Position numbers and translations under genes: made by a program. The notes under the pieces are model-generated. The model was not told the DNA's origin. It ran no database searches and saw nothing but the letters and a program-made list of their open reading frames with translations. From the human T2T-CHM13v2.0 reference genome, Homo sapiens, in NCBI RefSeq assembly GCF_009914755.1, contig NC_060937.1: DNA of 64,000 nucleotides; one strand, given 5' to 3'. Positions within the stretch are counted from its first letter, which is position 1; every line of letters starts with the position of its first letter. Shown here one piece after another: positions 1 to 15,468 of the stretch.

Positions 1-642
1 AATGTCTGGTCGACATGAGAATCAAGCTCAGCTATTTCTGCAATACTATCATGTTATATTAGTTAGTATTTAGTGAAGTAACTGGGCAAATAATAGCAAA
101 TAAGTTGCCTCTTTGAAATAGTAGCCAAGAACAGCAAAGGGAAAACTAGGATCCTTGATCTATGTCCAAATCCTACCTAGATGAGGATGAATGACTAAAT
201 TAATGTCAATTTTAATCAATTTATAAAATGTGTATATATTTTTATTGATTTCAAAATATATAAAAAATGAAAAATTTCCCTGATTTTTATGCTAAGGATC
301 AGAGACCAAAAAAAAAAAAAGAGAGATTTAGACTACTGATAATTAAAATTTATATCAGACCAGGATAAAAGTAAAACTTTCCATTTCTATAATTCAATAC
401 TGTAAAATCTTTAAGCATCGAAAATGTGGCTCACAAGTAATGCAGACTATTTGAAAACAGTAAGTAAAAAAGAGAATGACAATAGCCTTTCATTTAACCA
501 CTGGCAATGGTGAGTGACAAGATATCACCTTTAGACTTGGAAAGTCTAGTTTTCTGCTCTTCAAAATATTGATAACAGATTTTTCAGAAACAGATTAAAC
601 AACATCCTTTTTAACCTTAAGAACCAACCTCTGTCAACTTAC

Positions 643-813
643 CAGTATTTGTTCTGCTTCCTTTAGCTGTTTTTGTAGCTGCTGAATATCACTGTCTCTC
701 TTCTCTACTTCTTTTTCTAAAACTTGCATTTCATGATGAATTTTTCCCTGATTAAGTGCCAATTTCATTAGTTCTTGAAATTCCCCATCTCGGTGAATTA
801 ACAACTCCAGGAC
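643..813 (-). CDS. MED4: MED4 coding exon 3 ([57 protein letters not shown]); gene continues beyond the window start
   Basis: CTGACAG acceptor and CTG|GTAAGT donor. 171 nt open frame with coiled-coil-like sequence matching recalled MED4. Confidence 0.96.
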
Positions 814-1127
814 CTGTCAGATAACAGTCAATTAAATCAGACAATAGACTACTGAAAGGCTGCATTCCAATGAAACAAAGAATCCGTAACTGAATTGGCT
901 AGGCTATAAATTTCAACACCTTCAAAATTTTATTCCTAATTCTTGTTAAGAATAAAAAGAGCCTACCTATGATTATTTTGGGAAACATTAATATCAAACT
1001 TTTCTACTTTTTCAGATATTCTTTCATACAAAACAAAATAAAACTAGCCTTTCAGAACTAGCAATATGGCAACATGAGCAAGTTTAGTGATTTCCTAGGG
1101 AAGACACGATTTTAAAGTTTATCCTTA

Positions 1128-1750
<623 letters not shown>

Positions 1751-1930
1751 ATGAAAGTTCTCCCAAAATTTGGTATTTGAGATGATTTTAGGTGGCACCA
1801 AGAACTTAAGAAAACTTTTACACTTACACATTTGTGCTAATATATATTAGAAAAAACTGAGACACTGAAACTCTGAGTTTATGCACAGTATTGTTTACAA
1901 TGAAGATGATCTTAAAAATACGGTGATTTC

Positions 1931-2512
<582 letters not shown>

Positions 2513-3808
2513 ATCACTACCCCAGTACAGAATTAAGATGCAAGTCTAGTCTAAATATCCTTTACTGTGCTAAGTAGAGAATACTACTTCAGAAAGAAAA
2601 TATCTATCAAAATTCAGAATCAATTTTAAAACTATTTAAAAAGATTTGTTGAAGACTAAAAAGTACAGGTATGCCTCTTCAAGATCCTTTTGACATGAAG
2701 TTCTTCTCATTTTATAGGAATTCTTCTAATACAACAGACAAAAGACTGAGCTACAAACTGCCAAATATTAAGAGTATTTTAAATAACAACAGAAAGCTTT
2801 TTCTGTAAAAAGTAAAGTATATTCTATTTATTTAACAGACTTCTAATCCTCATTCCTCCCACATCGTAGGAGAAAGCTAGGTTTCCATTTCTATAAAAGC
2901 TGTATTATTAAAGCAAGTAGTACACAGTAGTTCCCTGACAACTTTCAAGAAGTTTACACAGGTTGAATTAATTTGTATACTACCCATGAGTAAAAAATAT
3001 TCTCTTTAGATCTTATTGTTCAGTAGAAAAAAATTATTCAACTAAAGTCAGAAGACCTAGGTTCTGGTTCCACTCACCATTAACCTCTACCTCATCCGTC
3101 CACCCTGGAGCTTATTCTCACAGGAGGTTGAACTGAACATCGTTAAGATCCTTTCTAATTCTAAAATTCTATATAAAATTATAAATATCCAAATAAAATG
3201 GTGGCTAGAAAATTTTCAAATGGGCACATCCCTCTCTAATAGTAACAGTTTCAATGAAAATTACATAGGAATCCACAGTACTAAGACACAATTCACAAAT
3301 TGCTACTCTTTAAAAAGTACAAGAAAGATCAGTGCTGATTATAGGTCTTAATTATCACCTTCTGAATAATCTGTGTGCCTGGCTCATAGCAAGCATTTAA
3401 TAAGTGTCTATCAAATAAAGTCAAGCCTTGCATTTTACTTCTTGCATACTTTGTATAAATTCCTATTTAATCCCACGGGTATTAACAGAGTACCTGAGAG
3501 ACTAGTAGTCTTCTATTAACATATTTATCTCTAGCCTCTTTCTTTTTTGAAAAAAACAAAACAAAAACCTTACTACCCCTAAGGTTAGCTGTTTCTCCTA
3601 GCTTGTGGCCTCATCTGGATCCCCTCCTCCCCTTTTGAGGCTCACTGACACTTTTCTATTGAGTCCGTCAGATTTCCCTGCCCTCAAAACGTAAGACAGA
3701 ACTAAGGTAATGATGCAGACAAAAGATTTATTACTGTCTCCTCTTCTCCTTTACATCATCTTTAGAAAGGTTAATCCTCTCCATTCATTTTCTCTTAAAC
3801 ATTTTTTT

Positions 3809-4121
3809 TGGCCAGCTATGGTGGCTCATGCCTATAGTCCCAGCACTTTGGTAGGCCAAGGTGGGGAGGATCCCTTGAGGACAGGAGTTCAAGACAGTTC
3901 AAGACTGACCTGGGCTACACAGTGAGACTATGTCTCTACCAAAAAAAAAAATTTCTTTTAAATTAGCAAGGCATTATAGCGCATGCCTATAGTCCCAGAT
4001 ACTGGTGAGGATAAGTGGGAGATCGCTTCAGTCCAGCAGGTTGAGGCTGCAGTGAGCAGTCATCATGCCACTGCACTCTAGCCTGGGCTACAGAGCGAGA
4101 ACTTGTCTCAAAAAAGAAAAA
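3809..4121 (+). mobile_element. AluJ
   Basis: Diverged dimer with GAGGCTGCAGTGAGC and a small internal duplication (AGTTCAAGAC twice). Confidence 0.85.
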
Positions 4122-4711
4122 ACTGTGCCAAAAACATAATATAAAATTTATCCTCTTACCTCTAAAAAAATTCTGAATCAGGAAAAAAAGTCTGTTCACC
4201 CACCATGGAAAATTAGAAAGCACCGAAAAGTGAGCAAATAAAAACTGCCCGTACTTTCACCCCTATAAGGCAATGTCTAATAAGAGTTGTATGCTCTTTT
4301 ATTTCCCTGCATGTTCAAGTTGCATTAGGGAACTATACTTACAATACACGGTAAGTTTTTGAGCATTAACTTTTGATTCTAAATATTGTTGTAATCTCCA
4401 TACAACAAGCCTTTCTTGGTTAATTCAAAGGACAAAAATAAATAAACATGTAAGTGTGACTAGAATTGTAAGAGAAAATAACAAAATACTGCTAAACCCT
4501 CAGGCAACTATTCTTCTTAAGCGCACTGTTATCTTAAGTAAATGATACAAAGAAAATACCAATTTTAAAGTTTTAATTAATAACTTAAAAGGATCCAACA
4601 TTCCTGTTCCCACACAAAGTAAATATAAAGAGGAAACTTGCAGAAATCAAGTTTTTTTCTTTTAATTAAAAAACAAAGAGAAATTAACTAATTTAAAAAG
4701 AAGCCACTTAC

Positions 4712-4778
4712 CTGGTTTTCCTCTCCAGCCTGTAACAACTTTTGGTTTCTTGAAATTGCCAGCATTTCTATAAGTTCC
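4712..4778 (-). CDS. MED4: MED4 coding exon 2 ((R)ELIEMLAISRNQKLLQAGEENQ)
   Basis: T12-AG acceptor at 4780-4779, donor CAG|GTAAGT. 67 nt completes the phase-2 codon and ends in phase 0 (cumulative 192 nt). Confidence 0.96.
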
Positions 4779-5215
4779 CTAAAAAAAAAAAACCAACAAC
4801 AACAAAAACCCTTTCACAGCATACTGAACACTCAGGGCTACTCCCTACAGTCCGCTATTGACTGTGAACTACAGCTCACCAAGACTCGCTTGTGCCGGTT
4901 ACCAAACTTATTTATAAAAGTTCTACTTAATACTATCATTATATAAATAGCTATCACCTAAATGCCAATGAAAGACTATTGTGAATAGAGAGAGTTCTTT
5001 CTATAAAAACCTAAGCCTAATGCTTGGAAAGACTCTACAGAGGCTTGCAAAGGACAGCTATAAAGAAAGGACCAGGGAAAAGTCATAAAAACTAAGGGTC
5101 TGCCCTAAGACTGCTTGATAAGAGGATAAGTTCTCATTTTGATTTGATCTAGAAATCAAACTACAAATTGCAGACAATGCACTATGAGCGATTTATGCAA
5201 GAAAAACTCATACAT

Positions 5216-5423
5216 CAGGGGTCTACAGGCCAAATCCAGCACTTCTGCAGTTTTTGTAAATAACATTTTCCTAAGACAGTCTGCCCATTAATATACAAAT
5301 TGTCTATGGCAGTTTTCCCTAAATACAGAGGCAGAGTTGAGTTGTTACAGCAGAGACTATATGGCCCATAAACCCAAAAGTATTTATTATCTGGCCTTTG
5401 CAGAAAAAGTTTTCTGACTCCTG
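5216..5423. mobile_element. MER58A-like hAT-Charlie MITE
   Basis: CAGGGGTC...GGCCAAATCC start and GCAGAAAAAGTTT.CTGACTCCTG end. Confidence 0.75.
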
Positions 5424-5984
5424 TCTTACATAACATGATTAGTGAATGAACATATGTTTATATATTTTAAGGTAAAATAAAACAATTAAGGGATGCATGG
5501 ACCATTTTTTAATGATTCTCCACTTTATTTGAATTTTTTAAATTAAACATCAACTAAGAGGGATCCTTACACATAATAAAATGATATCCTTTTAGAATGC
5601 TCATTTAATAAATATGACAATTTCCCTGTATGAAAATTAGTATCTGATGAGCAAAATAAGATTGGGAAAAATGTATAGCAGGTAATGTTTATATATTAGT
5701 TTCAAACTTGTTGATAGATGGGACTTTTGAGAAATTATGCAGAAGGGGCAGCTTCACAACTAGCTACCTGACACTGCTCTGATCAGCCTGAGCATTTGTA
5801 CTTTCTCACTGGCTACCAGGCTATTTTTACCTTCAAATTTCCACCTTCCTTCCAGCTAGCATCATATCATTTTTCTGGATCATGTCAATTAGACCCAACC
5901 CTTCCCACTACTACTTCCCCATACCATTATTTATGAATTAATCAATGAATGAAAAAAGTAGATATAAGAATGCAAAGTCTTCAT

Positions 5985-7100
<1,116 letters not shown>

Positions 7101-7984
7101 GCCACAAGTGAGACATAGACGGTTGAGAACCTCTGGTCTAAGTAAAAGCTGGTTTCAGGTGGGGCAGGAGTGGTGCTGACTAGAGTGGGGCTATGGTAGG
7201 AGATGTGGGATAAGCCTTCCTCTGTTCTTGCAAATCTGGGAGCGTGAGTCCACAGAAGGCTTTACAAGGCTTGCCTTAGGCGCCGGAGTAGAGGGGAGGT
7301 AGAAGTCTCTAAGACTTAGTCATGTTCTGTAACAGTCCAGGACAAAATAGAAACCCCTGTCCTCCCCAACTGCGAAAAAGAGGCCAAAGGAAGCCCCCAC
7401 ACTCAAGAGCCCTGTCCTGCTAAAAAGAAGGTGCATTCCCAGCATACTGCATTAGAATCCAGACACAATTCCCCATAGAAATAAAATTTCCATAGCGGTT
7501 AGAGCCTACATTATTAGCAGTAATACACTTTTCAGGTAAACAGAATTAACAGGCTGGTGTGGAAAACTCAAGATTCCTATCAACATGGTTCTGTGGAACA
7601 ATGAGTTTTGAGTTACAAATGGGTTAAAAAAAACGTTTAGCCTACAACCTGTGTTTCAACTTTTTAAGACTATCTCCTTGCATTACATTTTATAAACTAA
7701 TAAATATCCCGAAAGGCTATATAATCAGGTTAATAGAAAAAAAAAGATCCTAAGTTATAAATCCACTATTTTTAAAGAGGCTAAATCTAAAAATATGTAA
7801 GGTATATTCGTGATTTTTCTTCTCATTTTCATAAATGCAAGCCAGACACAAATTACATTCAGAGACTGACAAACTTCACAGATCACAGAATCAGTACACA
7901 TAACTACCTCTGAGTGAACACATGAGACCTTTCTGGAAGCCAGTCACACCACCAGAGCAGCTTCATTCTGTGAAGAAGTTCCAA

Positions 7985-8047
7985 TGATCCGCCCGCCTTG
8001 GCCTCCCAAAGTGCTCGGATTATAGGCGTGAGCCACCACACCCGGCC
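7985..8047 (-). mobile_element. Alu 5' fragment (63 bp)
   Basis: Near-consensus Alu positions ~1-63 only; no tail or TSD. Confidence 0.85.
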
Positions 8048-9059
8048 CTAATACAGTTTATTTTAAACAGTGGATCAAACACATAAGCCATTTAATTTCT
8101 GCTGTCTAGGTGTTTTCGGGTTTTCTTCCATCATTAAATATTGTGCTGACCTGGTAACTTGGTAGCAATACGATGGCAAGGACTAAATTTACACCAAAAA
8201 TAAAGTGCTGATTATATCACGTATATTTTAAAATACAACAGGTAAGATTTATTCTAAAGCTGTCAAAGAATGTTGGCTATAGAAAAAGTGACATTTGAGC
8301 TGGATTCTGAAGGATATATGAATCATTCACCAAATCGGGAGTAGACTGGGAATGGCACTGAAGATGTGGAAGTCTGACTAAAGAATTTGAACTTTACCTC
8401 ACTGGACAACGCAAACCTACCAATGAGGTAGCTTTTATATAATTTTTCTGCAGAAAAGTGATATAAGATGCCTTTTAAAACTGGTATCGGCCAATATAAA
8501 AGGATAAAGTGCAGAAGCATGAGGCAATTAAAACTGTTTGGGAGGCTACATTTAAGAAGGAGTTATGAACAGCGGGGTTGGAACGAGAGGGCAAATTGGA
8601 GCGACACTTTAGGAGGTAGAACCAAGATAATTTACCATCCAAGTCAATGGGAGGGAGTCAAGGAAGGCTTCAACTTGAAAGACTTATCATGAAAGGTGAC
8701 AGAATATGAAGAACGACATCTAATTTCATCTCCTATCTCTGACACACAACCATCCTAAACAACTTGCAACTCCACCAAGCCAGGCTTTTTGCACTTGCTG
8801 TTCCATCTATCTGTGCTGCCTAGTGAGTTTGGCGAGCTCATGCTTCCCAAGCAGCACTTTCTTCAGAGGGCCTGCCCTGACTACAACCAAAAAAGGTGCC
8901 TAGTCCCTGTGCTCCAGTACCCCGCAGCGCAGCCCTCTAATAAAAACAGGCCCCAAGCCAGTTTACACATCTGTCTCTCTCTCGACAGCTGGCATCCAGT
9001 CTACCCTTCACTACCGTCTCCCCAATGCTGAGCCCCCAAGGAGCGTTCCATAAATGTTA

Positions 9060-9660
9060 AGTGGCTGGCCGCGGACGAAGAGGCTCAGACCGCGCGAGTT
9101 CTTATCATTACTAAAATTCCCTCTAACGGGAAAAACCGCCGCCCAGAGTGCCAGAGGGCTGCGGACCCCACGTCCATGACCCTCATGCACCCGAAACTCC
9201 CGAGCTGGCCCTCCCCGCCGAACCCCGAGAACGAGCACAAACGCAGGGCCGGCCGGCTCCGGGGTCAGTCCCCCGGCCCAGCTCCAGCCCGGCTCTCAGG
9301 CTCGCCGCATTACCTAGACAGGACCTCCAAGTCCTCAAGCGCAGACAGCAGCCGCTCTCGTGTGCTGTTACCACCCGCCACTCCCAAACCGCCTCCCAGC
9401 CGCTCCTTCTCCTTCTCACCACTCGAAGACGCAGCCATTTTCCCCAGAGTCCCGCCACCGGCGCACGCGCAGAGCGAGCTGACGCAGGTGCGTGGCGAGA
9501 AGGCGGGCTCGGAAGGCGGAAGAGTCACCCAGGAGAGGAAAAAGAGGCCTGGCGAGAGCGCCCCCTTTGGGCCTGGAGGCGCACTGCGGACACCGGCGCC
9601 ATCTGTTGGGCCGGCGAGGGCTTTCTGGTCCAAACCCTGGGAGCGACAGCTGAACTGAGA
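9060..9660. promoter_or_regulatory. CpG island / TATA-less MED4 promoter
   Basis: High GC and CpG density spanning exon 1. NRF1-like GCGCACGCGCA (9461-9471), tandem ETS CGGAAG (9510-9515, 9517-9522), half-CRE TGACG (9480), and a YY1-like motif over the ATG. Confidence 0.9.
9314..9438 (-). CDS. MED4: MED4 coding exon 1 ([41 protein letters not shown]+2 nt)
   Basis: ATG at 9438-9436. The translation matches the recalled human MED4 N-terminus. Donor TAG|GTAATG at 9313; 125 nt, phase 2. Confidence 0.97.
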
Positions 9661-9701
9661 ACAGTGGGGGCAACGCAGTCTGATTCTCCTGGGCCTAATG
9701 G

Positions 9702-10020
9702 TTTTTTTTTCTTTCTTTCTTTCTTTTTTTTTTTTTGAGACGAGTCTCGCTCTGTTGCCCAGACTGGAGTGCATCGCCGCGGATGTCTTGGCTCACTGCA
9801 AGTTCCGCCTCCTGGGTTCACGCCATTTTTCCTGCCTCAGCCTCCCGAGTAGCTGGGACTACAGGCGACCGCCACCACGCCCGGCTAATTTTTTGTATTT
9901 TTAGTAGAGACGGGGTTTCACCTTGTTAGCCAGGATGGTCTCAATCTCCTGACCTCGTGATCCGCCTGCCTCAGCCTCCCAAAGTGGTGGAATTACAGGC
10001 GTGAGCCACCGCACCCGGCC
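9702..10020 (-). mobile_element. AluY-like, immediately upstream of the MED4 promoter
   Basis: TTAGCCAGGATGGTCTC, GGGTTCACGCCATT and GACCTCGTGATCC diagnostics; many CpGs retained. Confidence 0.88.
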
Positions 10021-10425
10021 CACCTTAACCATTTTTAAGTGGATAGTTCAGTGGCATTAAATACATTCATACTGTTGAGCAACTATCCATCTCCAAAACC
10101 TTTTATCTTGTAAAACAAACTCTGTACTCACTAAATGCTAACTCCTTATCCCTCCCTTCTCCAGGCCCTGGCAACCACCATTCTACTTTCCATTGCTGTA
10201 AGTTTGGCTACTCTAGGTACCTCATATAAGCAGAATCATACAGTATTTGTCTTTTTGTGTCTGGCTTATGTCACTCAGCATTATGTCCTCCAGGTTCATC
10301 CATGATGTAGCATGTGCTGGAATATCTTTCCTTTTTAAGACTAATATTCCATTGTATGCATATGGCACCTTTTGTTCATCCATTCATCTGACGATGGACA
10401 GTTAGGTTACTTCCACATTGCTATA
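10021..10425 (-). mobile_element. Old L1M (L1MA/MB-type) 3' UTR fragment
   Basis: TTAACCATTTTTAAGTG...CCCTGGCAACCACCATTCTACTTTC...GAATCATACAGTATTTGTC motifs. Confidence 0.8.
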
Positions 10426-11774
10426 ATCCATCTTTATAGCCATACATCTTCCAACAAAATGTTTTGCTCATTACTCAGGTTAATTATTGAACTGAAGGAA
10501 CCAATACAGTACATAAGTAGTAGTTAATTAACATAGTTTAAGTCATTGATGTACCACACATTCCAAACCAGAACTGGTTGTCAAAGGCAAAAATACGTCT
10601 TAGCCTACTTTTCCTAGGGATAACAATGTAGTAGGGATCACTCTCTACCAGAAAAAAGCAAAGTTACAAGCCTATTGGGAATGAGGATTCCATATTGCTA
10701 TTATAAAAGATGGTCTGGGACTGCCTCACTCCCATGAGGTAGTAGTACCTGTAGTCCTTTCATTTCAGGGTCTCATCCTCTACTCTGTCTTTTTGGAGGT
10801 GCTAAACCTGACTCCTGGGCACCCAGAGTTGACAAGTCTTTTAGAAATTCATGTTAAATAAATTCACTCATAGCAACTGCTGCGTAATCTAGAATGCTGA
10901 TTTACTCACTTACGATGAAAAGTAATAGTGCCAAACATATCTTTTTCCCATAGACAAAACTATATGAGAAGCCATATTATCACAGGATGTTGCTTGTTAA
11001 ACTTGGATCAGAACAAACAAGGATAGATTAAAAATTAATGACACAATCATGAGGCTTTGTGTCTCCACAGTGTAGGGATATTTGTGTTCAAGAGATTGGA
11101 TTATTTGTGTTCATAGGTCAGGGTACCTTTTCCTCTAGACAGTGCAAGAGATCCTTGTCACCTTTTGTTTTCTGACCGTTCCCTGCATCTGCTGTTGGCT
11201 AACCCTTTTTTGTTAATGCAGTCAATTCTCAGGCAATGGGCTAAAGTAGATTGAAGCTTTGTTCATTACACTTGCATTCTAAACATGCCTCTCAGTACTC
11301 TAGTCGATCATTTCTTATGTTAAGTTTCCAGGGTGCCAAACTTCTGCGGTATGTGTTGGTTTTGTTTACTCAACTCTCACGGGTCATATTGAGCCATGAC
11401 TCTGGTAGGAGGAGAGAGAACATTATATTAGTGTAAACATAAAAATTCTAGAAGGATTCTAATTAGTTAAAAATGACCAATTATAGTCCTACTTTGCAGA
11501 CACTGAGGATCAGTGTGTGGAGCATGTATGTGTATTGTGAACTCCTGACCTCCTCAGATTTATTGCAAATTCATATGCATATTAAACAGTTTCTATAGAC
11601 TGATAAGTAATAGCATCTTTCACAGATATACTGTCTTGCAAATTGTACAAATCCAGGCGTGATAAACAAATATGAATTATTTTATATAGTATTACTGAAT
11701 TCATGGTAATTTGGAGTTAGGTACATATTTTCTCAATCTGTAGATTCAAAAAGGACACTACTTTCTCATGAAAT

Positions 11775-11995
11775 TTTATTGACATGCTGGGCAGTGTTCT
11801 AAGCACTTCAAAAATATTAACTTGTTTAATTTTCCTAACACTCCTATGAGGTAAGTACTGTTACTATCCCTATGTTACAGATAATGAAACTGAGGGGCAG
11901 AAATGTTAAGACACATGCCGGGGTCATATAGTAAATGGCAAAGCTGGAATCTGAACCCAGAGTCTGGCTCCAGGGTCTGTGCTCTTTACCACTGG
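11775..11995 (-). mobile_element. MIR
   Basis: TTACAGAT.ATGAAACTGAGG..CAGA core in antisense. Confidence 0.75.
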
Positions 11996-12249
11996 TTATC
12001 CCAGCTCTCTGTAAAGAAAGAAGGATATTCAGGTACTAAAAGGACTGGGAACCTCTGACCTAAAATATGAGAGGACTTCAAAAAGTTCATGGAAAAATGG
12101 AATTAAAAGATAATAATTTAAAATATAAACTTTATTTCTCAACATAAGCTCCATCTAGTTCAAGACACTTTTGTAAATGACGATACCAGCCATTTAGTTC
12201 ATCCCTAAATAAATGAGGGCCCTTGGAATTTAACCGTGTCAATGCTGTC

Positions 12250-12378
12250 TTTTTTACTTTTTTCTTTTCTTTTTTTTTTTGCCACAGGGTCTCACTCTCT
12301 GTCACTCAGGCTGGAGGGCAGTGGTGCAACCACAGCTCACTGCAACCTTGACCTCCCAGGCTCAAGCAATCCTCCCAA
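12250..12378 (-). mobile_element. 5'-truncated AluJ right-arm fragment inside HSMAR2
   Basis: Poly-T followed by CAGGGTCTCACTCT...GCTCAAGCAATCCTCCCA. Confidence 0.85.
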
Positions 12379-12403
12379 TACATTATTAACTGAAGAAAAA
12401 TGA

Positions 12404-12726
<323 letters not shown>

Positions 12727-13936
12727 CAGATTTTTTTAAGATTAGGAAACAAAAAGAAGTCAGATCAGGACTGTAAGGTGGATGTTCAATGATTTCCCAT
12801 TGAAACATTTCCAAAATTGTCCTTGTTTGATGAGAGGAATGAGCAGGAGTATTGTTGTGGTGGAGAAGGACTCTCCGGTGAAGCTTTCTCGGGTGTTTTT
12901 CTGCTAAAGCTTTTGCTAACTTTCTCAAAACACTCTCATAATAAGCCATTGTTATCATTCTTTGGCTTTCCAGAAAGTCACCAGACAAAATGCCTTGAGC
13001 ATCCCAAAAACTGTTGCCATGCTGTTTGATCTTGACTGGTCTGCTTTTGCTTTGACTGGACCACTTCCACCTCTTGATAGCCATTGCTTCGATTTTGCTT
13101 TATCATCAGGATTGTGCTGGTAAAGCCATTTTTCATCTCCTGTTACAGCTCTTCAAAGAAGTGCCTCAGGATCTTGATCTCACTTGTTTAAAATTTCCAT
13201 TGAATGCCCTGCTCTTGTCTGCAGGTGATTTGGGCATAACAGTTTTGGCATCCATTGATTGGAAAGTTTGCTCAACTTTAGTTTTTGAGTCAGAATTGTA
13301 TAGGCTGAACAAATTGAGATGTCTATAGTGTTGTCTATTAATTGCTTGTCCTCTGCAATTAGGGCACAAACAAGATAAATATTTTCCTTGCAAATTGATG
13401 TGGATGGTCTGCTGCTGCAGGCTTTATCTTCAACATCATCTCATCCCTTCTTCAAATGAGTTTTCTATTTGTAAAACGGCTGATTTCTTTAGGGCATTGT
13501 CCTCATAAACTTTTCATAAAGCATCAAGATTTCACCATTCTTCCACACAAGCTTCACCATCAATTTGATATTCTTGCTTCAATTTTAGTAGAATTCATAT
13601 TGTTCTGATAGGGGCTCTTGTCAAACTGATGTCTTATCCTTCTTGTGCCTCAAACTAGATCCTGTTCATACATGTTATAACAAGTTAGTATGACTTTATT
13701 TTGGTGGAAAAATATTTTGAAATGCATCTATAGTTTTTCTATAATACACACTTTTCATGAACTTTTTGAAGAACCCCTCATACAAACACTATCAAATAAA
13801 TGCACAGCTTGAAATTCTGAGCAAAAAGCAGCTGCAAGCAGTTGGTGTGGAGGTTTGGAGGTGCAGCGAGAAACTCAACCAAGGCTGTCCCTAAGGGTAG
13901 GCGGAATAGATAGCTGAATACACTATGTATCTTTAA

Positions 13937-14302
<366 letters not shown>

Positions 14303-14620
14303 TATTTTTTATTTTCATCAAACAACATATATACATAGTCTAAAGTCAAATGGTACTCAAAAGCTTCTAATGAAAATAAAAAAGTTCTAAATTACCACCT
14401 CCTGAGCCCCACTTCCTAGCATATCCTTCTCACTAAAGGTGGGCACTCTCAGCATTTTTAACCATTACTTCTATTCTTTGCTCACATATTTTAAAATAAT
14501 ATGCATATATTCTATATCTCTATTCAACTGCTTTTGAAATTTATTTCCTATTATGATAAATGAGGATTTTATCTCTCTTACATGTGTCATTTATCTTCCC
14601 ATTAGTTAGAACACAGTTCT

Positions 14621-14900
<280 letters not shown>

Positions 14901-15144
14901 CAATTCTTTGTTAAGTCAATAGTTAGTGTTTACATTACTACACTATATCTACACATAACTATGTAATTATTATTTGTTTGACATGCCTAACATATCCCTG
15001 TGGAGATTTTTTTTAATAGAAAAGAAAATATCTAAAATATCAAAGTGCATTGTGCATCTTGTGGAAACTTTTTTCACTTAAATATCTAGGTATGTGTGCA
15101 CTGGGTCAAATGTAAAATGTATTTTTTACTTTGTACTGAAAAAG

Positions 15145-15468
15145 TGTGAATGCTTTGGAGATGGGGTCTTCAAAGAGGTGATCAAGTTAAAATGAGGCCA
15201 TTAGGGTAGACCCTAATTCAATCTGACTGGTGTCCTTATAAGAAGAGGAAAAGATGCCAGGGATGAGTGTGCACAGAGAAAAGACCATGTGAGAATATGG
15301 CAAGAAGGCAGACACGGGCTAGCCAAGGAGAGAGGCCTTGGAAGAAACCAGTCCTGTTGACACCTATATCTTGGACTTTTGGCTTCCAGAATTGTGAGAA
15401 AATAAATTCTTGTTGCTTAAACCACTCAGTCTGTGGCATTTTGTTATGATAGCCCTAGCAGACTAATA
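15145..15468 (+). mobile_element. MaLR LTR (MLT1A/B-like)
   Basis: TTTGGAGATGGGGTCTT...GACTGGTGTCCTTATAAGAAGAGG...AATAAATTCTTGTTG...GACTAATA. Confidence 0.8.

Noticed and set aside
9148-9821. Overlapping 85-196 aa ORFs on both strands around exon 1, including an upstream in-frame extension of MED4 (9310-9774)
   Set aside because: Stops are scarce in a GC-rich island; the starts are non-ATG or lie inside the AluY. Only 9314-9438 matches MED4.
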